DNA from: Lingula anatina
Taxonomy: Eukaryota > Animalia > Brachiopoda
Length of the DNA: 64,000 nucleotides
Direction of reading: 5' to 3'
NCBI GenBank assembly: GCA_051362555.1
Contig: CM120640.1
Location: 28,172,503-28,236,502 of the forward strand
Of this stretch, positions 25,401 through 38,643 are shown piece by piece. Below the pieces are notes generated by a model. That model did no database searches. It worked only from the letters and a program-made list of their open reading frames with translations, and was not told the DNA's origin. How positions within the stretch are numbered: the stretch's first letter is position 1; each line of letters begins with the position of its first letter. The position numbers were made by a program, and so were the translations under genes.

Positions 25401-28400
25401 CACTAATTCTTATTTCTATATACCTAACAGTCACCAGTAATCTTTAAAACAAATAAAATATCTTGCCACGCTTATCCTGTATCTAGTATACTATTAGGGA
25501 AGGAGGTTATAGAATCTTAAACTTACTGTGTGCCTGACACGTTTCCACACAATTGATACCCCCCATCTCCATCATCATACCAATGAGCTGAAATAAAGAG
25601 ATATGTTAAATAATGACAAATAATCAATAACCCTCGGTTTTCAACATGTACAACTACTTCAAACTCTAAGGTATTGTTCTTATTTTCTCCTCATGGTGAA
25701 ATCGAATAAGAAACTTAAACCTCCAGGTAGTTCAAGTTTATTTGATAATTCAAGCTTTACTGTTGAAGTTGTGAATAACCACTGAAGAAAATTAGCCTGT
25801 GTAAAGTAACAGGTCCTTGGTGACTACAGAGAAAAAACAATGATCTCAAGTACTTTTATCTTACGTAAAATAACCCATAGGTTTCATTACCTGACTGAGC
25901 TATCCAATCTGCATAATATTCGTGATAGGTTGTAAAGTTTGTTCCATTGGGTAAAGTTGCAGGAGGGATCTCTATGCACTTGTTTAGCAGGAGACCCATG
26001 TAAAGTTGAATGGCAAACAAAGAGAGGACTGTCATGCAGAAAACTATTAGCACCATCACTTCAGCTAACATCTTCATTGACTTGAACACTGCACTGATGA
26101 TTGTCTTTAAACCTGAGGAGAAAGAATGAAACTATGTTATGGTGTACTTGGAAAAAAGATCAAAATTATGAGGACCAATGCAGTTTTTTTGTTTTTTTTG
26201 AAAGCTTGCCCTTTTTGCATGTAAATTTTTTTTTTTTTGTTCTTTTTAAAACAATATATTATATTATAATGAAATTCATTCTTTTAGAAAACATTTGAAA
26301 TAAACCATTTAAATTTATGGACAACTTAAATTTTGACCCAGTGCACTATTTATTTATTTTTCTAATGATAGACCATTTCTTCAGTACTAAATATCAGGTG
26401 AAACAAGAATACCTGGCAGTATAGCAAATGTCTTAAATGCTCTCAAAACTCGGAACGTCCTCAATGCTGCTATTCCTCCGATTTCAGAGTTTTGGTCTTT
26501 AAGTATCCATTTTTCTAACAACACAGTGATATAGCTAGAAAGGAAATATATCAACTAGTTTATTTAATATATTAGGCAAAATTAAGTGGAAAATCTAATT
26601 TAATGCATATTAAACAAAAACCTAATTTAACATTCATATGAATTTTAAAGATTATCATGAAATCTTGAAGTAACATCTTTATAATTTGTTAATCTTCTAA
26701 CTGAAAACAAACACACACTAAGATGTATATGTAAATAGGTGTTGAAAAAAGGTTGTGAAATTTTTGCAAAACAATAAATAAATAAATAAACGACACTAAA
26801 ATCAGGCTCATTTCCTCCCACCACTTTTGCTGAATATTGTTATGATAAGGAAGTGCTGAAATATTTTCTCTCTACTCTGCTCTGTTCTCTTTGCTGGTGT
26901 GAGTATATGTTGGGGGGATGGGGTTCATAATTGTTAATTTAGCATTTGGCACAATACCACTCATAAACTGATTTTTCTTATCTCCATCAAACTTGTACCT
27001 GATCAGATAAGTCAAGAGATTGACTTATCAATCAATATCATTCATGGCAATTGCACCTCAAAATACTATAGATTTAGGAATCTTAATTTAGGCCAGACAC
27101 TGTGGTCACTTTGGTTGCCATAGATCACCAAAAGTCAACAAAAATCTTACAGATGTAATATTGTGGTACACAGAATATGCAGGTGGTATAAATGGAGCCA
27201 TTAGCTGCTAGGCAGCTCTGCCGGTGTGCTGCTGGAGGCCACAGATCAGCTGGCACCTTTACATTGAGCCTGGCTTCTATAGGTCCCCACTTGCTCCTAT
27301 TGACTCTCAATCCACATTAATGTGTATCATGTAAACATGGAGGCAGCAAAGTGTTGTTGCATGTATTATGCAGAAAGGCTGCTTACACAGACATTCTGTG
27401 TATAGCGACCATGCCACTTCCCAACTTGGCATGGAAATCAAAATAAGAGGTATCATGGTTCACTAGATTGTGCTAAGGAAAAATAAAATTATAAAAAGAC
27501 TGCTGGACCAATGACTTGTCACTTAGGGTAATGGTTAACTAATTTGCTGCATACTTTTTCAAAGCTAGTCTTTTGTTCGACATCACTCTTTAGTGCTTTC
27601 TTACATCATGATCAACAATACTGAATATTCCATGTCAGGCAAAGAAAACACACCAAGATAGAGCCCTCACATTAGTTTAAACCCTAAGATAAATTCTGCT
27701 CACATATTTACTTAAGCTATTGTGGTCATTTAGACATGGACCTTTCAAAGAGTCAAAGATTTTAAAGTCATCTTCCACAAATAATGCAAATTGCACAACC
27801 GTGGCTTATCATTTATTTACTCAATAAGCATTTTCTTCTTTTTTTTTATTCAGGAAACTAGAAAAGCAATTTAAAGAATGCAAACTGAAAATATAAATTG
27901 CTATGAACTAATTCATAACCCTGAATTTAGACTAGGGAGGGGCGGCAGAGAGGGCTGGGGAGCTGGATGTTTCAATTTTCATTCACATTTGATGCATTGC
28001 TTATAATATGTTTCGTGATGTATAAAAATACTTACGCAAGTATGACCACTATAAAATCTAACCAGTTCCAAGGATCTCGTAGATATGTAAATTTGTTGAG
28101 AATAAATCCTCTTGCAAGTAATTTGGCAATCATTTCAATGGTATAAATTCCCAAGAAGACAAACCTATAAAATAAAAGAACATAGTCAATATCAACATTT
28201 CTCTTTAATATTTATCACTATTTTTTAAATAAACATTCAGTTATCTTGTAGCTGATAAAAGGATGGATAAATGAATAACTGGCCATTGAGGAAGAATGCG
28301 TAAACCCAGAAACACAGAGATGTAGATTACCAAAAAAAAAAAAAAAAAAAAAACTTAAGTTACTTGGAGTTTTATTTATTTTTTTTTAGCAAAAACTGGC

Positions 28401-31102
28401 AGTTTATTCCACTACACAAATGATTTCTGGACAACCTTTGCACAGAAAAAAAAAGAAAAGAAAAAAAATCAGCTGAGAAGAATTTTACACTCATAGATGC
28501 TCATTGTGTCTCACAGACATAATTCCATCAGTCTACTCTTTGCAGAAAAATCCAACTTCCTATTTTCCTAATTTGTGTTTTGTCATGGCCTAGCAACTAG
28601 TCAAAGATTTATTGATCATTATGGTTCACAGTTCAGGTAAACAATGCAAATTTGCCAATCAATACTTGAACACACTCTAGTGTGTTTGTACAGTAGAACA
28701 AATTCTTCTCCAGTTGCATAAAGTCCCCACCGATGTAAAAGACACATAATATTAACTGCAGCTTGCAGTGTTACTTTTCAGGTGTAGTTAAGGTTTTCAA
28801 TTCATCAATAATTTACTTCTTTGAAGGTCCCAGCAAACTTAGTCAAAAGAAATTCCCTTTGCCCCTAATTCATAATCCAACAAACAAACATAACATTATT
28901 AGACCATAATGGCCTCCCTTTTTCATTTACACATTTAATACGATGAATAATAAATACCACAAATTTCTACACAACAAAAACCAATATTTCCTTCCACTCT
29001 AAATAAATATGTTTATATAAGCTCAAAATCATTAAATACACGTATATATCCTTTAAGAGATCAAATCTGGATTGAAATTAAAAGCCACAAGCAAAACCCA
29101 CTGCTTTGAAATTCATATATTTGCATTTATGTGTGCTTCTGCCTATATAAGGATGCCAAGACCTCCTATTTCATACAAAATACAAAGATAAAATATTATA
29201 CTTACTCAGGTTCTTCTGGTGCATCTAGGATGGCCATCATGATACAGTTAATGAGTATAGTCAAGATGATGATATAGTCAAAGAATTGGTTTGAAACCAC
29301 ATAGAGGGCAGCTCGTCTCACTGGGTTCCATGGTGCTAGGCAGAAAAATGCTCGGGTGGCAGAGAATCGGAAGATGTATTTACTGTTCCGAAACTTTGGA
29401 GCTATCACAACAAATGTCTGCAATGAAGATGTGTAGGAGTCTTTTACTTCTAAATTACATAGATTTTAAAAAATCAAAACAAAGTGTTCTTAATTCATAA
29501 AATAATGTACATAACATGGCATTAATGCAGCAAAAAAATGAAACGCTGTGAAGATGGGTCTCATTGCTATAGAAATCAATTGTTGTCACACAAACTTTCA
29601 ATGAAAAAGCTTCAATAAATTAAGATTGATTGAGACGTTGTTTCAACTGATTTTACGATGCATCATTTATGGTATGGACATTTATCCCTTAGGTGCTACA
29701 TTCATAATTAATAGCATGATATAATGGCAGGTTTTATACTTGGGTGAGGCAAGGTTTAAGCAGGGGTGAAATAGCAATCTAAAAGGCTACAGGTTTTGAC
29801 ATTATGAAACGTGAATATGTATTGCTTTTTATTTAACTACAATTTATGTCACAAACTAGAGGGAAAGGGTAAAAAACAAAAAATCTACAAAAGAAGTCTG
29901 GCTTACTAAATGAAATGCACCCTTAAAAAATCAATATGAGCAACTTTTAGAGAGAACATGTAGGGTATGTATAGATTTTCACATAGTAGATATCAACATG
30001 CAGATAGCTGTTGCTTCTTCATAAGCAGGTGACTATAAACAAAATCATTATTTGCTACTTTTTTCAATGAATTCAACCTAAAAGGCAGGTGACTTTCTTC
30101 TAAAGTGGTTCTGGCATGTGAAACATCACCACTACAAAAGCTTTCAAGGAGAGTTAAATCAGTCAATACAGTACATATGTAACTTGCCTGCATGGGAAGT
30201 GGTGAGAATGGTTGGGATATGTATATAATATGGGAGAAGCAGGATGAGCAGAATTAAATATTTATATCATACCTTGTTACTGACCCAACCGTAATCAATC
30301 TGTATTATCAAGTAACAGAAAGAAGAAAAACAACAAACGTTAAAACTGAACACAACACAATTAAAATGTGAGTGCACACTTCACACAATTAAGAACTCAA
30401 AGTACTGTTCTATTCTATGTGGAATAAATAAAAAAGGTATAATCTTATCCATTTTACTCATTAATTCAATTTAAAAAATATAATATAATGTAATGTTCAA
30501 AGAAAAAATTAGGAAAATGTAAAAGTGTTAAAGGTCTTGCACAAAGAGTTTTATGTTGAGCAAAAATGTTCATGGGTTTTATTTTGTGTGGATAAGGCAT
30601 CTAACATGTTCTAAATTAACTTGATCAAATTTCCTTGCTCAAAAATTGCACTTTTACTCAATGAAACATTCACTCAGTATCAGCAAGTGCAAAAAAAAAA
30701 AACTTTAAATTTAAACAATTTTAATTTTATTTTAGAGTTTAAAACTCGATAGAGAGGTGGTTTGCAGTAACTAAAATTGATTCAATGACACCAGACACGT
30801 TTTTCGCAAAACACACGATTATTTAAAAGGTCCAATCTGGGATCCTAGGTTCAAAACAGGAAAAATATACAATGACAAGGTTACATGTGACCTAGCTGTA
30901 CGTGTAAATTGTTCACAGCATTTCTCTGTTTATCATTCCATCCACGTACTACATGCGTACACATAATGTGGGAAATGAACGGATCTCTCTCTCTCTCTCT
31001 CATTTCTGTTTAGTCGGTAGTCGTAGGCATCCATACGCAAAATACTTATCAATTAATCACTTTCAATATTCTTAGATTTTATTTAGGGAAATGCTCCGAT
31101 CA

Positions 31103-31154
<52 letters not shown>

Positions 31155-33513
31155 GCGATATATCTCTATTATAACACATTCGAAATCGCGTGTATGGCTG
31201 CGATTGCATTTCAAAATTTTAGATTTCGTCAGACGAAAAAATCGAACAAGTTGTCGTTCACAAAAGCGGGAATCAAGGATAGCACATCTTGCAGGAAATA
31301 ATTGCACGTGATACCATTTTCATTATCCCTATAGCAAGACCACGTCCTGCAAGAGTGTATTTTCCAAACGGAAAATTAGCTATTTTCGCTGAAAAGTGAT
31401 CACGCGACTAATTATGCAATAGAACCAAGTATAATCATAAGGGATGTGCCTAAGAGCATTTGTTATTAAAATTTCAGAATACAGATATATCCACGACTTG
31501 ACAGTCAATATAGTGCCTTCGACAACGTAATACATGTAATAAGTAAGTACTGTTGCTATAAAAGTCTACTGGTTTACAGTGTTAACAGCCATCTATATAC
31601 ATGTATGTCCCCCAACGAAGATGCTTCGCAAACTTTCTTTTTCTTGTATGACCACCAATTACTTTCACAGAGTATAATTTTGGCAAAAAAATAATTTTCA
31701 TTCAATATCTAAATGCATTTTCGTTAAATCTACACTTTTTCTTTGTCATAAAAAACGCCATCTCGCCAATATTGTCTTCTTTGGCATTGTCAATTTGCGA
31801 TCTAAACCACATTATCACGAAGTAATCGAAAAGGATCAACGAGTAAACATCGTGTCATCAACACAATAGCTTCCCATTAAATGTAACTTATTCAGCAGAC
31901 GCAAACACAGATGCCTGTGTAGGCAGTGTGGGGAAATGGAAATATTTTAACAAGGCAACAGTGACGTCACGCTCGTTTAGTCTGGATTTCTACAGAGTGC
32001 CGTTTTTATAAGAAACCAGATTTGTTTACTCCAAAATAGATTTACAATTACAACAAGGACCATTTTAGTAACACATTTAGTGCAAGGAAGATTTTCAATT
32101 CGGCCTTGTTATCTTAATCGCCAAGCTTTATTATATGCAACCTCAAAAGTTATGCAGAGTAAATGAAGCGAATCTTGCCGTTCTCTAGCAAGGTTAGAAC
32201 CTTCGGCTCCCGACAGCGACCACAGAATTTCGTTGCCTAGGAAGTGTAGTTATGATCTAAACAGAGTCATACCTCGCGTTGTCATTTATTTTTCTTGGGT
32301 GATTATTGTAGCTTGTTTTATTTCTTCTGTGACAAAAATAAGCACACTGGGGAAAAGAAAATGAATAAATACGATAGCGAAGGAAAATGAGGCTACGTCT
32401 GTCATTCTAGAGATTTTTAAAACAAATTTCCATGCCCCACCTTTTTTAGATTAAAATTTGTTTGGTGTCCAAAACACTCAATGATTCTATAAATTCGATT
32501 TTTATTACACTTATAAGTTATAACACTTAGCCACTTTAATATTTATAAAAATTAACCCATTGATTTGGACACCGAATTTGATTTATAATTCCTTTTTGCG
32601 ATCAGAAATTCGACTTACGTACAAAACATTCTATTATCTTAGAGTAAGAAATACGGCCGTATTACTGGACTAGAACAAAGCGTTTGTCAGGTTTTTCGTT
32701 GTTTCAAGCAATTTTGTGAGTGAGTGTACTGGGATTTGCAAAATGTGCAATTGGCATCTGTTACTTCTCATATATAAGAATATCGCGAAAAAGTATTTTG
32801 GTCTTTCAAAACTATGAAGCCCACATAGACGAAAGAGGTCTACAGCAGGCACACCATCAGTTAGAAGTAGGCTATCATCGACAAAACTGGTTGCGGTCGA
32901 TTGTCGTTAAGCAGGAAACTTAACACCTGAATATGATAGCTCCTAAGAGAAACGCCATCGATAAACTGCTGTAATATTCATATATCCAAACGACATCAAT
33001 CCAGATCTCAATACACGGTTGACGCACTGGGAACTATCCAAACGTCCACCTCGGGCAGACCCACCCACAAGACTTAGGTACATGTACTTGTGCTCTTACC
33101 GAATTTCAATTTGTAAAAATCAACTTAACGTTACAATATGATTGGAACTCTATTGATCCAGTGAGGCCAACAGGGCCCAATCAGGACGGTCTTTATCGCC
33201 GGTTTCTGAAGCATATAACACTTAACCAAGGATAGCAATGCTACTGCTTTCAATTTTGCCATGAGTAAAATTGAATTAAGTCACCAAGGGAAAGAAAAAC
33301 ACGTTCCGATCTGTCAAGAGACAGATGGTCGTGTTAGTGCGACTCAAAGAGAGAATCCCACCAAACCAAACATTGTAATAACAGTTTTGGGAGTGTATGT
33401 AAAATCGTTGAGAATTTGGTTAAACAAGACGTTAAGATAAGAGTTCTCTTGGTTCGTGATATGTTCAATCTAAGCGCCTTAAAGATTTTTGAGATTATTA
33501 TAAAATTTCACGA

Positions 33514-33549
<36 letters not shown>

Positions 33550-34502
33550 GACGTTCTGGTTTACATTCTTTTCAAATCCAATAATAAATAATAGGCATAC
33601 AAATTAAGAGTTGATTTTAAAATAAAAATGCTCGTTGATAAACATATAACGAGTGATATGTGCATTACAAAGGAGGAGGGAAACCGCAAACAATTTACTT
33701 TAACAGCTTTTACATCAATTCGAGAATTTATGGACACATTTCACAAGTCCCGGGGACCTAATTATAAATACCCAAAATCGGATAATGACATTTACGGCCA
33801 AAAGCTGGAAACTAATCTAGTATTTTAACTGCTTTCTTGTATATTATTTACAATCAGTAGGTAAGTATTGATGTGATTTATGTAGGTACATACAAAAGAA
33901 AGTTAATGATCACGGATAAGAATATCACACATCTAGAGATAGATACATCTACAAACCTTTTCTTTTATATACTGGTCTATTTCCTCAATAGGTTTCCCAT
34001 GAAGGCTCTTTGGAAACTCTAATGCGAGGTCTACAGGAAGAGGATTCCCTTCCACCAGTGAAGGATCTTTTTCGATTACTTCACCATCCTCATCGTCATT
34101 AAACTTCAGTTCCCCATCTACAAGAATGGCTTCTTGTTGTTTTCCAGCTTTTTCTTCGGCGAGTTTCTTTTCCTCTGCCTCTCTTTCTTCGAGGCGCCTT
34201 AATGTTTCCTTCGTAAAGGGTTTGAATACAATTTTGTCTTCGTCATCATCGTCTGATTCTTCTTTTGATCCGAGAAAAACTTGAGATTCTGTGAACCCCG
34301 AAACGGGGTTTATAGATCCATTTGGCTGTGGACTACTGAGCCCTTTTGTTTCGTCGTTTAAGTTTGCTGTACTACCCTCTTTGGGCTTTTCATCCTCCTC
34401 CATTCCCTCCAATAACTCATCCAGGTTTTCTTCTTCCTCTTCATCGTCTCTACTTTTACCTGTAAAAGGTCGATAATGTGCGATTGTAATCCTTCCTGCC
34501 AT
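10420..34502 (-). CDS. Voltage-gated sodium channel alpha subunit, Nav2 class (DSC1/BSC1/NaCP60E-like; DEEA filter)
   Basis: Exons read on minus: 34502/34459-33957, 29417-29206, 28164-28036, 26534-26413, 26112-25891, 25587-25527, 24798-24654, 24296-24162, 22334-21795, 21413-21323, 20093-19984, 19002-18779, 18478-18293, 18152-17956, 17709-17541, 17254-16945, 16694-16564, 15709-15391, 15017-14873, 14568-14395, 14170-14045, 13722-13453, 13263-13213, 13010-12870, 12613-12503, 12111-11841, 11624-10420. Four S4 segments; pore loops TLDFWE, CGEWIE, TFEGWM, TSAGWN; III-IV linker DMFLT; IQ-like motif TLQRCWK. Confidence 0.93.
31104..31152. repeat. Poly-A/T tract (~49 nt)
   Basis: Direct reading. Confidence 0.9.
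33155..33225 (-). mobile_element. Possible degenerate SINE fragment (MetaSINE-like core)
   Basis: Minus strand atatgcttcagaaaccggcgataaagaccgtcc resembles the ...catgctacagaaaccgggataagctccgg motif of widespread metazoan tRNA-SINEs; recalled similarity only. Confidence 0.3.
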
Positions 34503-36337
34503 ATTTATGATAATAAAATTTTGTTAAGGGATGCTTAAACACCCTTAACCACACGCCGATATGTCCCAGTAAATTATTATCGTCTTCCTCAAGCACAGGA
34601 CACTTTGACTTAAAGTTGACGCCATATTGTGTGCCTTAACATGATATCTCAGCACCAATTTCCTATCGATTCCATCGTTTTGTCCTCGGCCTATCTTCAA
34701 GAACTTCTCGCGACAAGTTAGCTGAACAATCCAATAAGTTCTTAATTAAATCCTGCCTTTTCCAGTTAGCCTGTTATTCTACATGTTTTTGCCATTTTTG
34801 GTATCAAACAGAAGGGCAGACCAACTTGTAGCGAGCGAAAATGGGCCCCAAAATGGTCGAATATAATGGCCGTGCAGTTATTGACATTAGAAAGTAAAGA
34901 AAACAGAATAAAGGCATCGCCATTGTGGCAATCAACAGAGCAACATGGAGACTGGGCAATTGTTTATTGGTGACGTTGCGCTCCAGGGGACGGACCAAAA
35001 CACTGTGGGCCAATAGGCGTTAAGTTCTCAAGATAGAGCGACTGAAAAGTTCCTTGCATCACCAGTATTGTCAAGGACTGCTAGAGAGCTAATCGGGTGT
35101 ATCCGGGCATTTTTGTAAGGGAGGAACATAACACTGGCTGACTGGGGCATTTATTTGTAGACAAGGGTGATAAGGGACTACATTTATAGTTCTTGCACAC
35201 AATTAAAGGGGGCTAGTTAATCAGGAAATGAAATAGTTTTTTACAGAGTCTGCATAAACCAAAACTTTGTGTCAAAAGTGCAAAAGGCGCCTTAAAGGTT
35301 TTGGTCTGGTTTCTAGCCCACATACAATGAAACAAAACCTCGAGTACTGTGAAAAAGAATAGTGCCTTAGGGTTGAGATTAATACATTTTAACCACAACT
35401 ATGGTATTATGACGGACTTCTGTAATTCTTATCAATGCTCATTTTTGAAGTATTTGACCGTAAGCTTACGACTGTAAGGGTAGGCTAATATATTTCCAAG
35501 AATTCGCCCCCATGTCTAAATAGAAGATAGCGTGCAACAAGTACCCTCCAAAGATACATAAAATAAATGAAATGTCTATTGCGATGGGCTGGATATCGAT
35601 CATTTTCGTTCCAAATATAAGTAAAAACTCTCAGTAAATATATTTTCTCCAAGAAGGAAGTTAGTAAATGTAGGGCGATTCAAACCCCGGAATCTAAATA
35701 TTGAGTTCTTTTGTAGAAGTTCCAAAATCGATAAGTCGCGGTTTTTGTACGAAAACGCCCGTTTTATGACAATATCGAGAAGAACTGGCTTCACTATGGC
35801 AGCAGCTCCTGTTATTTACTGCATGACTCTTCATGCACAAATACAAAATATTATTGGGAAATCATTTAATTACAACCTATAGAATAACAGATCAGTGGTG
35901 CCCTCTATCGCTGGGCTATGTAATTTCCAGAGAGTGGGACATGGTTGAAAACGCAACACGCTTGAGGGCGTCTTGATAAAGACAGTTGATACGGAAATTG
36001 ATTAACTTTCAAATTCGGGCATCTATAGAACAAAGTTATATTGGGAATATTTTAGTGTGTCATGACATCAAATACGCCTGAATCCTTTCCACAAAATACA
36101 TGTCGTTTAACCAACATTTAACGAAATATACGATGCCATTCATTAACCCACCAATGTGACACTTTCATTTAGGAGATAAATGTGTTTAACTTGGGCCACA
36201 ATAGCATCAACTGTTCGACAGGAGACTGCGTCAAGACCTGTCATTAAGAGGCAGAGAAAATGTCGGAAGTTACCGATCGAAATTAGCTAACTTTAACTGA
36301 CACAATTATAAGAGTTAAACGATTAAGTGAAACTTAC

Positions 36338-36557
36338 TTTTTGAAGGCATATATTCATGCCCTTTGGCCACACCGTTGCACGTTCCATTTTGTTGAGGAG
36401 CTTCTTGAATGGTAAAAGTCTTTTCCTCAACCCTCTCCCAAGCGGAGGTGGGTCGCGTCTGCCTGCCCAAGGCGGACCGTGTCCGAGAGCAGTCCAAGTC
36501 TTGGTCGTAGAAACTTTCAGACTCACTTGCTCTTGATCCTGGTCGAGATGATGACAT
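36338..36557 (-). CDS. Putative alternative N-terminal coding exon of the Nav2 gene
   Basis: ATG at 36557 opens MSSSRPGSRASESESFYDQD...YMPSK and ends at a phase-1 GTAAGT donor (36337). This is frame-compatible with the phase-1 acceptor ccttttacag at 34460 inside the first Nav exon. The exon acceptor is ttttcag at ~36658. Confidence 0.6.
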
Positions 36558-36720
36558 CCTCTGAATTATCTTTTGTATAAATCCAGTCTTTGGTTTTTCG
36601 TTGTTTTTGTTATTCCTTATGAAATACAACAAAAGATAGATTTACGTCGTTTGTAGTCTGAAAATAAAAAAATAAAAAAATGAAAGATTTAAAAGATTTG
36701 TTTAATTTCATTATCTCTAT

Positions 36721-36889
36721 GGCCGCATTCTGAACAGTGGACTAACTAGTCCACGGGTCAAATATGGCGACCCACTATAAAGCTTGCCGTCTAATCCGCC
36801 AATAGACACTAAATAGATTCACCGTGTATTCAAGTGGGTCGGCCATATTTGACCCTCGGATTAGTTAGTCCAAAGTTCTGAATGCGGCC
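36721..36889. mobile_element. Foldback MITE with TAT TSD (PIF/Harbinger-like)
   Basis: TAT|ggccgcattctgaacagtggactaactagtccacgggtcaaatatggcgacccact ... agtgggtcggccatatttgaccctcggattagttagtccaaagttctgaatgcggcc|TAT; ~55-bp imperfect arms. Confidence 0.82.
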
Positions 36890-38547
36890 TATGGAAGATA
36901 ATACAAAATGAGCTGACGCATGAAACTAATGAAATAGCACTCATAAGAAACCTCGCTGTTGTTCAAACTCTTTACAGTATCTTCATTACACTCATCATTC
37001 TCCGAACATAAGAAATGCCATAGGCAGCAACATAATACAGCAACATCGTACATTTAAATTAAACATAACTGAAACTACACGATATCTATAGAGCTAAACT
37101 ATTTTTTTATCGTTGACGCTTTCTTTTTTTCTGAGTCGATAATCCAAAATACATCAAATCTATGATATCATATTCAACATTTGGTGTTCCTTTACAAACG
37201 ATGCGTTTAAATTTTTTAAACTACGTAGTCCCAATCCCCCCCTTACTGTCGACTGGTTGAATATTCAATGACCAATTTAATGGATACAAAGTAGCCTTGA
37301 TTAGAACTTACAATAATAATGTTATTGGGTCCCAATATCTCCATCAAATAAAATTTATTTTGCATAAGGGTATTCATACTGCATAATAAATGTAAGAAGC
37401 AAGGAGAATGAAGAAAAGCACAAAGCGAAGGACGAAAAATGAAATCCTGAGTGTTACTCTTATCTTCCAGTATGCAAACAATTCCATTTGTGACTCTAAA
37501 CATCGGGATTAATATCATTTGTTGATATAAGTGCACGATTCGAAAACCAGTTATACTAAAAAGGGAGTTTGTTAGGCCTTCCTCCAAAACATGGCTGAGC
37601 TATAGGAAGATGATCTTTCTGACTTTAGATGAATACAAGTTGCATCAAATATTTGGAGAAGAAAAGACGTTCGTCAACTGCACTGTGCGAGGGTGATGAT
37701 TAAAAGAAGGTTATAGCTGGCCTAGCACAGTGCCCCCTCGGACAATTATTTTTCGGTATTGCCAAGACGACCAAATAATTCAAACGGGGAATACGGCACC
37801 AATCCCTTGTGTACATTGTTAATGAGTCTGCTGATTATTTTTAATCTGCGAGTTCAGTGTGAGTTCAGACTGAAAAATAGCCACTGGTTTTCAGGCCTTT
37901 ACTCCCCCTCCCCCCTGTAAAGCTGCATCCATCTCATCAGGTCATTGATTTCATTATCTCTCGACTTGTTTTTTTTTTTGTAGCGTGCGGAATGCAGCAA
38001 GCCCCGGTAGGGCTTTAGATATATATAATTCATTAGTATTTTTTCTATTGTCCTCTTTTTTTCTTTTGTCTCATGACGTCAACTTAACGTGATTGAACTG
38101 AGTTTGTCTCTGTCCAAACGTTCTTTCAATGCCCAGCATATCAGGATAAGCACTCTCTCATGAGGTTAAAAAGTAATTAAAAGAAGTAGCACATTCTGAA
38201 GTGATTAAATGAACTTGAACCTTTATCATATATACCCTCCCCCCTTGGTATTAAGTCTTCTTTAGAATTTTTCACAGATGGGGTCGATAAAAAAGTTTTG
38301 CGAGGATATTAAGTTCAATTCAAGTCAATTCATTTTACAAAACATCTTATATTGTGGAGAATGTTGAAACAAAACAGTGTCAATGAAGTCAACGATATGC
38401 TGAATACTGAGAAAAAAAGCACATTCTGCGTAGAAAAGAGTTACCGTTAGTGCCCAGCAACTTAGAGAAAACTGTATTCAATAATACAGTGTATTAAAAT
38501 TCAGGGGAAGGAAACAGGATACCGTTCGCCAGTCAATTAAGACCTAC

Positions 38548-38643
38548 CTTTGCAGAAGTTTTTTTTTCTTTGAACAGCTACAGGCACACTGGCCTCGCTC
38601 TTACTTCCTTCTCCTTTTCTAAGTCATTGCCATCACGTTGTAT
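38548..38643 (-). other. Putative 5' UTR exon of the Nav2 gene
   Basis: Acceptor ctttcag and donor aag|gtaggt flank 96 bp with stops in the obvious frames. Confidence 0.4.

Noticed and set aside
26535-28035. Possible mutually exclusive duplicate of the DI S3-S4 exon (5N/5A-like), and the GC-richer patch at 27170-27440
   Set aside because: No second exon with an RxxRxxR pattern was found; the patch has no recognisable coding or repeat signature.
32454-32584. Short degenerate inverted repeat (ggtgtccaaa / tttggacacc)
   Set aside because: Too decayed, with no TSD; possibly an old MITE remnant but not supportable as a feature.
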